A DNA stretch of 64,000 nt from Actinomycetales bacterium (lineage in GTDB: Bacteria; Actinomycetota; Actinomycetes; Actinomycetales; Dermatophilaceae), in contig JBBQNZ010000001.1 in NCBI GenBank assembly GCA_038330415.1, forward strand, positions 16,467 through 80,466, in the 5' to 3' direction. Under the pieces are notes generated by a model. It did not search any database. It was not told where the DNA came from and saw only the letters and a list, made by a program, of their open reading frames with translations. The position numbers and the translations under genes are program-made. Below, piece after piece: positions 13,798 to 22,317 of this stretch; the first letter of the stretch is position 1, and every line of letters begins with the position of its first letter.

Positions 13798-15419
13798 TCG
13801 CGGCCCCGACCGAGCGCGGCACGCACCTGGGCCAGCCCTGCGTCGTGCATGGCCAAGTGCAGCCGCAGCACGGGGCGCCCGTGGTCGGCGAGCACCGTGG
13901 CGTCGCCCCCGGCCTGCGACGCGATGAACTGGCCCAGGGTGAAGTCGCGCCCCGGCACGGCGAGGTCCTGCGCGGGTGCCGTGGTGACCTGCACGTAGAC
14001 GCCGGTCGGCGGCCCGCCCTTGTGGTACTGCCCGGTGGAGTGCAGGAAGCGCGGGCCCCAGCCGAACGTGGCGGGGCGGCCGGTGCGGTCGAACAGGTCG
14101 CGCGCGACGTGCTCGAGGTCGGCGTCGGCCTCGCGGTCGAGGTAGGCCATCACCGCGACGTAGCCGTGCTCGCCGTCGAGCCGGCCGAGCAGCGCGTCGA
14201 CCGCGGCCTCGACGGTGGAGGCGACACCGAGCCAGTCGCCGCCCAGCGCGCGCACCTCGACGGCGCCGTCGGTGAAGGCGGGCTCGTCGCCCGCGCCGAT
14301 ACCGGCGTCGAGCAGCTCGCGGGCAGCGGCCTTGGCGCTCTCGACGTCGGGCTGGTCGAACGGGTTGATGCCGAGCAGCCGGCCGGCGACCGCCGTGGCG
14401 GCCTCCCACAGCATCAACTGCGCGCCGAGCGGGCCGGCGACGGTCACCCCGGATGCCGGGTGGTCGGCATCCGCGGTCTCGTCGTCGGCGTCGGACGCGA
14501 CGAGGCGCACGACGGTGCCGTCGGCGTAGAGGTGGGCCGGCGAGTCGCCGATGGCGACGACGGGCAGGATGCCGGTGCCGTCCTTGCCGGTGGACTCGGC
14601 GATGAGCTGCTCGGCCCACGCGCCGAAGCCGACGCTCTCGGTGCCGTCGTCGACGAGCACCAGCTTGTCGCGCAGCGGCTCGGTGCCGGCCATCGCGGCG
14701 CCCAGGCGCAGGGCCGGGTTGGCGTCGTCGTCGGCGGCCAGCAGGTCGGCCACGGCTTCGGCATCGTCGAGCAGCGCCTCGACGTCGGCCCCGGCCAGGC
14801 CGCTCGGCACCAGGCCGAACGCGGTGAGGGCGGAGTAGCGGCCACCGACGTCGGGGTCGGCGTTGACGACCCGGAAGCCGGCGCCGCGCGCCTCGCCGTC
14901 GAGCGGGCTGCCCGGGTCGGTGACGATGACCATCCGGGTGGTGGGGTCGATGCCGGCGTCGGTGAAGGCCTGCACGAACACCCGTCGCTGGCTGTCGGTC
15001 TCGACGGTGGAACCCGACTTGCTCGAGACCACGACGACGGTGCGGTCGAGGTCGGTGAGCGCGCCGCGCACGACGTCGGGGTCGGAGGAGTCGAGCACCA
15101 CGATCGGTACTCCTGCCGTGGCGCAGATGACCTCGGGGGCCAGCGAGGAGCCGCCCATGCCGCACAGCACCACGCGGTCGTATCCGGTGGCGGCGAGCTC
15201 GTCGCGCATGGCGGCGATCTCCCCGACGAGGTGGCGGGAGGTGCGGGGGAGCCCGGTCCACGACAGCCGCTTGGCGGACTCGGCCTCGGCGGCCTCGCCC
15301 CACAACGTGTGGTCCTTGGCGAACAGCCGGCTCGCCACCCGGTCGGCGACCAGCGCCGGCACGTGGGACGCGACTGCATCGGCCGCCGCGCCGGTGGCCG
15401 CGACGGCGAGGGTGCTCAC
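13794..15419 (-). CDS. pgi: Glucose-6-phosphate isomerase
   Basis: SIS-type motifs [12 protein letters not shown] and [15 protein letters not shown] start overlaps the tal stop (GTGA). Confidence 0.88.
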
Positions 15420-16528
15420 GCCGTGGCCTTCTCGAGCTCGCGGGTGACCCCGTCGAGCAGCTCTCCCCAGGACTTCGCGAACTTGTCGACGCCCTCGCGC
15501 TCGAGCTTGGCGGTGACCTCGGCGTAGGAGATGCCCAGCCGCTCGAGGCTGTCGAGCACCTCGGCGGCCTCGGCGTAGTAGGGCGTCACGGTGTCGCCGG
15601 TGACCTCGCCGTGGTCGTCGGTGGCGTCGAGGGTCTTCTCCGGCATCGTGTTGACGGTGCCGGGCGCGACGAGCTCGGTGACGTACATGGTGTCGGGGTA
15701 GTCGGGGTCCTTGACGCCGGTGGACGCCCACAGCGGGCGCTGCTCGTGCGCCCCGGCATCCTTCAGCGACTGCCAGCGCGGGGTCGAGAAGACCTCCTCG
15801 TAGGCCTGGTAGGCCAGCCGGGCGTTCGCCACGGCCGCCTTGCCGCGCAGCGCCTTCGCCTCGTCGGTGCCGAGCTCGTCGAGCCGGGCGTCGACCTCGG
15901 AGTCGACCCGCGAGACGAAGAACGACGCGACCGAGTGGATGCCGGACAGGTCGGCCTCGCTCTCGCGCGCCTTCTCGAGGCCGGCGAGGAACGCGTTCAT
16001 GACGGCGCGGTAGCGGTCGAGGGCGAAGATCAACGTCACGTTGACCGAGATGCCGGCCCCCATCACCTCGGTGATGGCGGGCAGACCCTCGACGGTGGCG
16101 GGGATCTTGATGAGCACGTTCGGGCGGTCGACGGCCTTCGCGAGGGCCTTGGCCTCCTCGACCGTCTTCGCGGTGTCGTGGGCCAGCCGCGGGTCGACCT
16201 CGATCGACACCCGGCCGTCCTGGCCGCCGGTGGCCTCGTAGACCGGCAGGAATACGTCGCACGCGTCGCGGACGTCCTGCGTCGTGAGGGCGAACACGGC
16301 CTCGTTCACCGTCTTCCCGGCATCCGCCAGCTCGCTGACCTGGGCGTCGTACGCGTGCCCCTCGGACAGCGCGGCCTGGAAGATCGACGGGTTCGTGGTG
16401 ACGCCGACGACCCCCTTGGTGTCGATGAGCTGCTGGAGGTTGCCCGAGGTGAGGCGCTCCCGGGACAGGTCGTCGAGCCAGATCGAGACGCCGTTGGCGG
16501 CGAGGTCCTTCAGTGCTGTGCTGGTCAT
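15416..16528 (-). CDS. tal: Transaldolase
   Basis: Starts [24 protein letters not shown]. Motifs GVTTNPSIF and the LIKIPAT Schiff-base lysine context. 370 aa. Confidence 0.95.
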   Translation of the reverse strand: MTSTALKDLAANGVSIWLDDLSRERLTSGNLQQLIDTKGVVGVTTNPSIFQAALSEGHAYDAQVSELADAGKTVNEAVFALTTQDVRDACDVFLPVYEATGGQDGRVSIEVDPRLAHDTAKTVEEAKALAKAVDRPNVLIKIPATVEGLPAITEVMGAGISVNVTLIFALDRYRAVMNAFLAGLEKARESEADLSGIHSVASFFVSRVDSEVDARLDELGTDEAKALRGKAAVANARLAYQAYEEVFSTPRWQSLKDAGAHEQRPLWASTGVKDPDYPDTMYVTELVAPGTVNTMPEKTLDATDDHGEVTGDTVTPYYAEAAEVLDSLERLGISYAEVTAKLEREGVDKFAKSWGELLDGVTRELEKATA

Positions 16529-16533
16529 GCTGC

Positions 16534-18813
16534 TCACTTCCCCGCCGAGGCCTTGCGGCTCGGCGCACGTGTGGTGCCGACATCGGTGCCGGTGTCCTTG
16601 CGGGCTCGCGGTGCGGTGTCGTTGACGGTGGGCACCCGCCCCGCCCCGCGCGCCGCCTTGAGGGAGTCCTTGGCGGCCTTGACGACGGCCTCGGGCGTGA
16701 ACCCGAACTCTCGGAACAGGGTTGCGGCATCCGCGGAGGCACCGAAGTGCTCGATGCTGATGCAGCGACCCGAGTCGCCGACCAGGTCGTGCCACCCCAT
16801 CGCCACCCCTGCTTCGACGCTGACGCGGGCGCGGACCGTGGGCGGAAGGACCTTGTTCTGGTAGGAGCGCGGCTGCTCCTCGAACCATTCCCGGCACGGC
16901 ATGGACACCACGCGGGTGCCGACGCCGGCCTTCTCCAGGCGCAGCCGCGCCTCGAGCGCGAGCGACACCTCGGAGCCGGTGGCGATGATCACCACGTCGG
17001 GGGCTCCGGAGGCGGCGTCGATGAGCACGTAGGCGCCCTTGCGGACGCCGGTCGCCTTGGCGTGCTCGGTGCGGTCGACGATCGGCAGCGGCTGGCGGGA
17101 CAGCGCCAGGCCGGCCGGGTGGCCGCGACGCAGGACCTCGGCCCACGCCTGCGCGGTCTCGTTGGCGTCGGCGGGGCGCACCACGGCCAGGCCGGGAATG
17201 GCGCGCAGGGCGGCGAGGTGCTCGATCGGCTGGTGCGTCGGGCCGTCTTCACCCAGCCCGATGGAGTCGTGCGTCCACACGTACGTCACCGGGATCTGCT
17301 GGATCGCGGCCAGCCGCACCGCGGGGCGCATGTAGTCGGAGAACACCAGGAAGGTGCCACCGTAGGGGCGGGTCATGCCCTCGAGGGCGATGCCGTTCAG
17401 GATCATGCCCATGGCGTTCTCGCGGATGCCGAAGTGCAGGGTGCGCCCGTAGGGGCCGCCCTTCCACTCCTGCGTCTGCTTGCCCGTGGGGATGAAGGAG
17501 TCGGCGCCGGCCATGGTCGTGTTGTTGGACTCGGCGAGGTCGGCGGAGCCGCCCCACAGCTCGGGCAGCTCGGCGGCCAGCGCCCCCAGCACCTTGCCGG
17601 ATGCCGCGCGCGTCGCCAGCCCCTTGGGGTCGGCGGGGAAGTCGGGCAGGGACTTCTCGAAGCCGTCGGGCAGGCGGGCGTCGACGAGGCGGTCGAGCAG
17701 GGTGGCCCGCTCGGCGTTGGCCTTGCGCCACGCGGCATACCGCTTGTTCCAGTCCTGGTGGGCGGCCTTGCCGCGCTTCTTGACCTCACGGGTGTGGGCG
17801 AGCACCGCCTTGTCGACCTCGAAGGACTTCTTCGGGTCGAAGCCGAGCAGCTCCTTGGTGGCGGCGACCTCGTCGGCGCCGAGCGCCGAGCCGTGCGACT
17901 TGCCGGTGCCGCGGGCCGTGGGGGCCGGCCAGGCGATGACGGTGTGCAGGCGCACCAGGGTGGGCTTGCTGCGCGAGGTCTTGCTCTTCTCCAGCGCCGC
18001 GAACAGGGTGTCGACGTCCTCGGTGTAGTCGGCGGTGCCGGCGGGGTTGTTCGACCGACGCCAGTCGATGTCGACGACCTCCCAGCCGTAAGCCTCGTAG
18101 CGCTTGGCGACGTCCTCGCTGAACGAGATGTCGGTGTCGTCCTCGATCGAGATCTGGTTGGCGTCGTAGACGACGGTGAGGTTGCCGAGCTCCTGGTGGC
18201 CGGCGAGCGAGGACGCCTCGGACGCCACGCCCTCCATCAGGTCACCGTCGGAGGCGAGCGCCCAGACGTGGTGGTCGAACACGCTCTGCCCGGGCTTGGC
18301 GTCGGGGTCGAGCAGGCCGCGCTGGCGGCGCTGCGCCATCGCCATGCCGACCGCGGAGGCCAGCCCTGAGCCGAGCGGGCCGGTGGTGATCTCGACACCC
18401 TTGGTGTGGTGCACCTCGGGGTGTCCGGGGGTGAGGGAGCCCCAGGTGCGCAGCGCCTTGAGGTCCTTCAGCTCCAGGCCGTAGCCGCTGAGGAAGAGCT
18501 GGATGTACTGGGTCAGCGAGGAGTGGCCGCAGGACAGCACGAACCGGTCGCGGCCGAGCCACGTCGGGTCGGACGGGTCGTGCGTCATCACGTTCTGGTA
18601 GATCAGGTAGGCGACGGGGGCCAGGCTCATCGCGGTGCCGGGGTGGCCGTTGCCGGCCTGCTGCACGGCGTCGGCGGCCAGCACGCGCACGGTGTCGACC
18701 GCTCGCACGTCGAGGTCGGTCCACTTCGCCTTCTTCGCGACAGGCCGGGAGATCTCCGGGCTCCGTCCCTGGGTCGCGGTGGTGGTGCGCCTGCTGGTGG
18801 TTGTCGTGCTCAC
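16534..18813 (-). CDS. tkt: Transketolase
   Basis: ThDP motifs [18 protein letters not shown] and [16 protein letters not shown]. The start is uncertain and no ATG is available. GTG 18813 gives a Thr-rich N-terminal extension. GTG 18741 is an alternative. Confidence 0.9.
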   Translation of the reverse strand: MSTTTTSRRTTTATQGRSPEISRPVAKKAKWTDLDVRAVDTVRVLAADAVQQAGNGHPGTAMSLAPVAYLIYQNVMTHDPSDPTWLGRDRFVLSCGHSSLTQYIQLFLSGYGLELKDLKALRTWGSLTPGHPEVHHTKGVEITTGPLGSGLASAVGMAMAQRRQRGLLDPDAKPGQSVFDHHVWALASDGDLMEGVASEASSLAGHQELGNLTVVYDANQISIEDDTDISFSEDVAKRYEAYGWEVVDIDWRRSNNPAGTADYTEDVDTLFAALEKSKTSRSKPTLVRLHTVIAWPAPTARGTGKSHGSALGADEVAATKELLGFDPKKSFEVDKAVLAHTREVKKRGKAAHQDWNKRYAAWRKANAERATLLDRLVDARLPDGFEKSLPDFPADPKGLATRAASGKVLGALAAELPELWGGSADLAESNNTTMAGADSFIPTGKQTQEWKGGPYGRTLHFGIRENAMGMILNGIALEGMTRPYGGTFLVFSDYMRPAVRLAAIQQIPVTYVWTHDSIGLGEDGPTHQPIEHLAALRAIPGLAVVRPADANETAQAWAEVLRRGHPAGLALSRQPLPIVDRTEHAKATGVRKGAYVLIDAASGAPDVVIIATGSEVSLALEARLRLEKAGVGTRVVSMPCREWFEEQPRSYQNKVLPPTVRARVSVEAGVAMGWHDLVGDSGRCISIEHFGASADAATLFREFGFTPEAVVKAAKDSLKAARGAGRVPTVNDTAPRARKDTGTDVGTTRAPSRKASAGK

Positions 18814-18958
18814 TGGGGCCTCTCTCGCGGGGATCGTGCACACGGTGGGGACGGGTCCGCCGTCCACCCTAGTGTCTGGACTACCCCGCACTGGGGCTCC
18901 GCCAACCCGGTCAAGGTTAGAATCACCGAGCACCCGACCGGCCGACCCGAAGGACGAC

Positions 18959-19900
18959 GTGGCCACCTCCTCGATCACGACCGATCCCTCGGTCCAACGG
19001 CTCGACCGACGCCGCACGGTGACGAACTACCTGGCCATCACCAAGCCTCGGATCATCGAGCTCCTGCTCGTCACGACCGTCCCGGTCATGTTCCTTGCCG
19101 AGGGCGGGGTGCCCTCGCTCTGGCTGGTGCTCGCGACCCTGGTCGGCGGCACGCTCAGCGCCGGTGCGGCCAACACCTTCAACTCCGTCTACGACCGCGA
19201 CATCGACCGGCTGATGCACCGCACCAGCTCCCGGCCGATGGTCACCGGCGAGATCAGCCCGCGCAACGCGCTGGTCTTCGCCGCCGTGCTCACCGTCGTC
19301 TCGACGGTCTGGTTCGCCCTCGTCGTCAACGTGCTGTCGGCCGCCCTGTCGGTGGCCGCCATCGTGCTCTACGCCGTCGGCTACACGATCCTGCTCAAGC
19401 GCCGCACGTCGCAGAACATCGTGTGGGGCGGCCTGGCCGGCTGCATGCCCACCCTGATCGGCTGGTCGGCCGTCACCGGCACCGTGCAGTGGCCGGCCAT
19501 CGTCCTCTTCTTCCTCATCTTCTTCTGGACGCCCCCGCACTACTGGCCGCTGTCGATGGCGTTCCGCGACGACTACTCCGCCGCCGGGGTGCCGATGCTG
19601 CCCGTCGAGCAGGGGCCCGTCGTGGTCGGTCGGCAGATCGTCCTCTACTCCTGGGTGATGGTCGCGACCTCGCTGGTGCTCGTGCCGGTGGCGTCGATGG
19701 GCTGGGTCTACGCCGTCACCGCCGTGCTCGCCGGCGGGCTCTTCCTGCTCGAGGCGCACCGCCTGTTCCGGGCCGCCAAGGGCGGGGCCACCGGCCCGGC
19801 GCTGAAGCCGATGCGGCTGTTCCACTACTCGATCACCTACGTGACGGTCGTCTTCCTCGCCGTGGCCCTCGACCCGCTGCTGCACGTCGCCATCGGCTGA
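18959..19900 (+). CDS. ctaB: Protoheme IX farnesyltransferase (heme O synthase)
   Basis: UbiA-family motif [15 protein letters not shown] and multiple TM segments. GTG 18959 is preceded by GAAGGA. Divergent from tkt as in mycobacteria. Confidence 0.9.
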   Translation: MATSSITTDPSVQRLDRRRTVTNYLAITKPRIIELLLVTTVPVMFLAEGGVPSLWLVLATLVGGTLSAGAANTFNSVYDRDIDRLMHRTSSRPMVTGEISPRNALVFAAVLTVVSTVWFALVVNVLSAALSVAAIVLYAVGYTILLKRRTSQNIVWGGLAGCMPTLIGWSAVTGTVQWPAIVLFFLIFFWTPPHYWPLSMAFRDDYSAAGVPMLPVEQGPVVVGRQIVLYSWVMVATSLVLVPVASMGWVYAVTAVLAGGLFLLEAHRLFRAAKGGATGPALKPMRLFHYSITYVTVVFLAVALDPLLHVAIG

Positions 19901-21195
19901 TCCGGCAGGTCGCGGATCCGGCCGTAGGGGCCGAACAACGGGGCGAAGGCGGATGCCGCGTAGAGCGCTGCCATCGCGGTGACCGTCTCGCGCACCCCGA
20001 CGTGGGTGCCGAGCCACCCGGCGGCCAGGCCGGCCAGGGGCATGGTGCCGAAGTTGACGAGGGACGACGTCGAGGTGGTTCGGGCGAGCAGCTCGGGTGG
20101 GGTGTAGCGCATCCGGAAGGTGCCCCGCAGCACGTTCGCGGCCACGACGCCGGCGCCGACGAGGGCCAGGCCGAGCGGCACGAGCACCACCCGCAGCCCG
20201 GGCTGGCCCAGCGCGATGAGCAGTGCGGGAGGGCCGGCGGCGACCTGCAGCACCACCATGGCGCGGGCGTCCCCGAGGTGCGTCGCGGCCCGGCGGGCGA
20301 TGCCGGCGCCGACGAGCCCACCCAGGCTGCCGGCCGTGAGCACGACGCCGACCCGGCCGGGGTCGAGGTCGCGCACGAGGAACAGCACCAGCAGCGTGTA
20401 GTAGCCGGTCAGGGCGAAGTTCGCAACGCCGCCCTGCACGGTGAAGAAGCGCAGGAACGGGTCGTGGAACACCACCCGGATGCCGGTGGCCACCTCGCGC
20501 CGCAGTGGCTCACGGTGCGTGGGCACGGGAGGCTGGGGCACCAGGGTGCGGGGGTCCAGCCGGTGCAGGCACAGCGCCGATACGAGGAACGACACGACGT
20601 CGACGAGCACCGCCGAGGCGGCGGAGAAGACGGCGACGAGCAGGCCGCCCACCCCCGGCCCGACCACCTGCATCGCCGACTCGGTGCCGACGACTCGGGC
20701 GTTCGCCGTCGCGAGGTCGGGTGCGGCGACGATGCGGGGCACGAGGGGGAGATAGGCGGTGCGCAGGAACACCGCGGCGCCGCCGACTCCCAGCGTCGCC
20801 AGCACCAGGTGGGGGAGGGTGAGGAGGCCGAGCGCCCACGCCAGCGGTACCGACCCGATGGCCGCGGCCGCTGCGATGTCTGCGGCGATCATGACCCGGC
20901 GCGCGTCGCTGCGGTCGACCCACGCGCCGGCCGGCAGGCCGATGAGCAGCCAGGGCAGCCAGGCGGCGGCGGTGAGCAGGCCCATCCAGCCCGGGCCGGC
21001 ATCGAAGACCGTGACGGCGACCAGCGGCACCACGACGGAGGTGGTCATCGAGCCGAGCACCGACACGCCCTCGCCGACCCAGAGCAGCCGGAAATTGCGG
21101 TTGCCTGCGATCGGGGGAGCGGTGGCCGGGCCGCCGGTGCTGCCCGAGCGGGCGGCGACGTCAACGGCATCCGGGGTTCCGCCCGCCGCCCTCAC
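19837..21195 (-). CDS. MFS transporter (EntS/MFS_3-like)
   Basis: 452 aa with about 12 hydrophobic segments. [16 protein letters not shown]-terminal motif. GTG start overlaps the stop of the upstream ArsR-type gene (GTGA). Confidence 0.8.
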   Translation of the reverse strand: MRAAGGTPDAVDVAARSGSTGGPATAPPIAGNRNFRLLWVGEGVSVLGSMTTSVVVPLVAVTVFDAGPGWMGLLTAAAWLPWLLIGLPAGAWVDRSDARRVMIAADIAAAAAIGSVPLAWALGLLTLPHLVLATLGVGGAAVFLRTAYLPLVPRIVAAPDLATANARVVGTESAMQVVGPGVGGLLVAVFSAASAVLVDVVSFLVSALCLHRLDPRTLVPQPPVPTHREPLRREVATGIRVVFHDPFLRFFTVQGGVANFALTGYYTLLVLFLVRDLDPGRVGVVLTAGSLGGLVGAGIARRAATHLGDARAMVVLQVAAGPPALLIALGQPGLRVVLVPLGLALVGAGVVAANVLRGTFRMRYTPPELLARTTSTSSLVNFGTMPLAGLAAGWLGTHVGVRETVTAMAALYAASAFAPLFGPYGRIRDLPDQPMATCSSGSRATARKTTVT

Positions 21196-21761
21196 GGCTG
21201 GCTCGGGAAGCCGCGGGAGAAGGCGTAGACCGGTTCGCGGTGCTCGCCGTCGTCGGGCACCGGCCGGTCGGCCCAGCGGCGCAGCAGCGCAGCCACCTCA
21301 TCGGACAGCTCGCCCAGCTCGTGCGGGGACAGCCGCATCCAGGCGGAGGTCGCGAAGGAGACGGCGTCCCACGTCGGGTCGGAGTCCGCGTTCGCCATCC
21401 AGTCGCGCACCCGGGTCTCCTGGCGCCGCAGCGCGAGGGCCTCCGCCTCGAGTGCCGCGTCGACCGCAGCCGGGTCGGTGAGCTCCTGCCGGCTCCACCG
21501 GGTGGCCGCGGAGACCAGCCGCCACCAGCGCTCACGTCGGTCGCGGGCCAGCTCCGGCGCCTCCTCCACCAGCCCGGCCGCGGCCAGCACCTTGAGGTGG
21601 TGGCTCGCGTTGCCGACGGCCTGGCCGGTGCGCGCGGCCAGCATGGATGCCGTCGACGGGCCGTCGACCTTGAGCGCGTCCATGATCCGCGAGCGGAAGG
21701 GATGGGCCAGCGCGGCCAGGGGGGCGGCCTCGCGCAGGGTGCGTACCTCGGGTCGCGTCAT
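21192..21761 (-). CDS. ArsR/SmtB-type winged-helix transcriptional regulator
   Basis: HTH block LAHPFRSRIMDALKVDGPSTASMLAARTGQAVGNASHHLKVLAAAGLVEE. ATG at 21761. Co-oriented with, and overlapping, the MFS gene. Confidence 0.8.
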   Translation of the reverse strand: MTRPEVRTLREAAPLAALAHPFRSRIMDALKVDGPSTASMLAARTGQAVGNASHHLKVLAAAGLVEEAPELARDRRERWWRLVSAATRWSRQELTDPAAVDAALEAEALALRRQETRVRDWMANADSDPTWDAVSFATSAWMRLSPHELGELSDEVAALLRRWADRPVPDDGEHREPVYAFSRGFPSQP

Positions 21762-21792
21762 GCCTCCCACGCTAACTCCACAATGAATGTTG

Positions 21793-21808
21793 CACAAGAA
21801 GTCTTGTG
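21793..21808. promoter_or_regulatory. Perfect 7-2-7 palindrome, candidate operator of the ArsR-MFS operon
   Basis: CACAAGA-AG-TCTTGTG in a locally AT-richer stretch, about 32 nt upstream of the ArsR start codon. Confidence 0.4.
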
Positions 21809-21864
21809 TATGTCCCTCCGCCACGTTGCCCACGGTGCCCGGATGCCGTGGGTTCCGGGGGACC

Positions 21865-21917
21865 GACCCGAGCCGGGAGTCGCGACCCGAGCCGGGAGTC
21901 GCGACCCGAGCCCGGAG
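21865..21917. repeat. 19-bp tandem direct repeat, 2.8 copies
   Basis: GACCCGAGCCGGGAGTCGC occurs twice exactly, followed by a partial copy with one mismatch. Located in the ArsR / small-ORF intergenic region. Confidence 0.7.
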
Positions 21918-22071
21918 AACTGAGGTGGTGGCCTGGGAATGAGGTACCTCAGACGCTGCGGATGCCGGTGGAGATACGCACGACGCCCGATGTGGCGCTC
22001 CACCTCAGCCGACGAATGTTGACGACGTCGGGATCGACCGATCCGGACACCGAACTCCCCAGGAGCACATC

Positions 22072-22317
22072 GTGAGCCTCTACATCGACAACAACGTCGT
22101 CCAGGCCGACATCGACCGGCGCTTCGAGCTGGCCGGCGTCGACATCCACGACACCACCCACCGTGCCCGGAACGGGTCGGACCTGCCGACCCGTCCGCTG
22201 GCGATTCACCCCCTCGCGGCGTTCTTCGCCCGCCTCGTCGGCGGCAGCGCCACGTCGAGGACGTCGCGGTCGCACCGTGACGCCCAGGCCGCCAGCGGCC
22301 GCCCGCGCCACCCGTGA
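22072..22317 (+). CDS. Small hypothetical protein (81 aa) translationally coupled to the LAL regulator
   Basis: GTG start preceded by AGGAG at 6-nt spacing. Nearly all codons end in G/C, consistent with the coding frame in this genome. Its stop overlaps the downstream GTG (GTGA). I recognise no family. Confidence 0.45.
   Translation: MSLYIDNNVVQADIDRRFELAGVDIHDTTHRARNGSDLPTRPLAIHPLAAFFARLVGGSATSRTSRSHRDAQAASGRPRHP

Noticed and set aside
16534-19017. Thr-rich N-terminal extension of transketolase ([15 protein letters not shown]...).
   Set aside because: It may be an artefact of start-codon choice, since no ATG is present and GTG 18741 would remove most of it. It cannot be resolved without alignment or proteomics.
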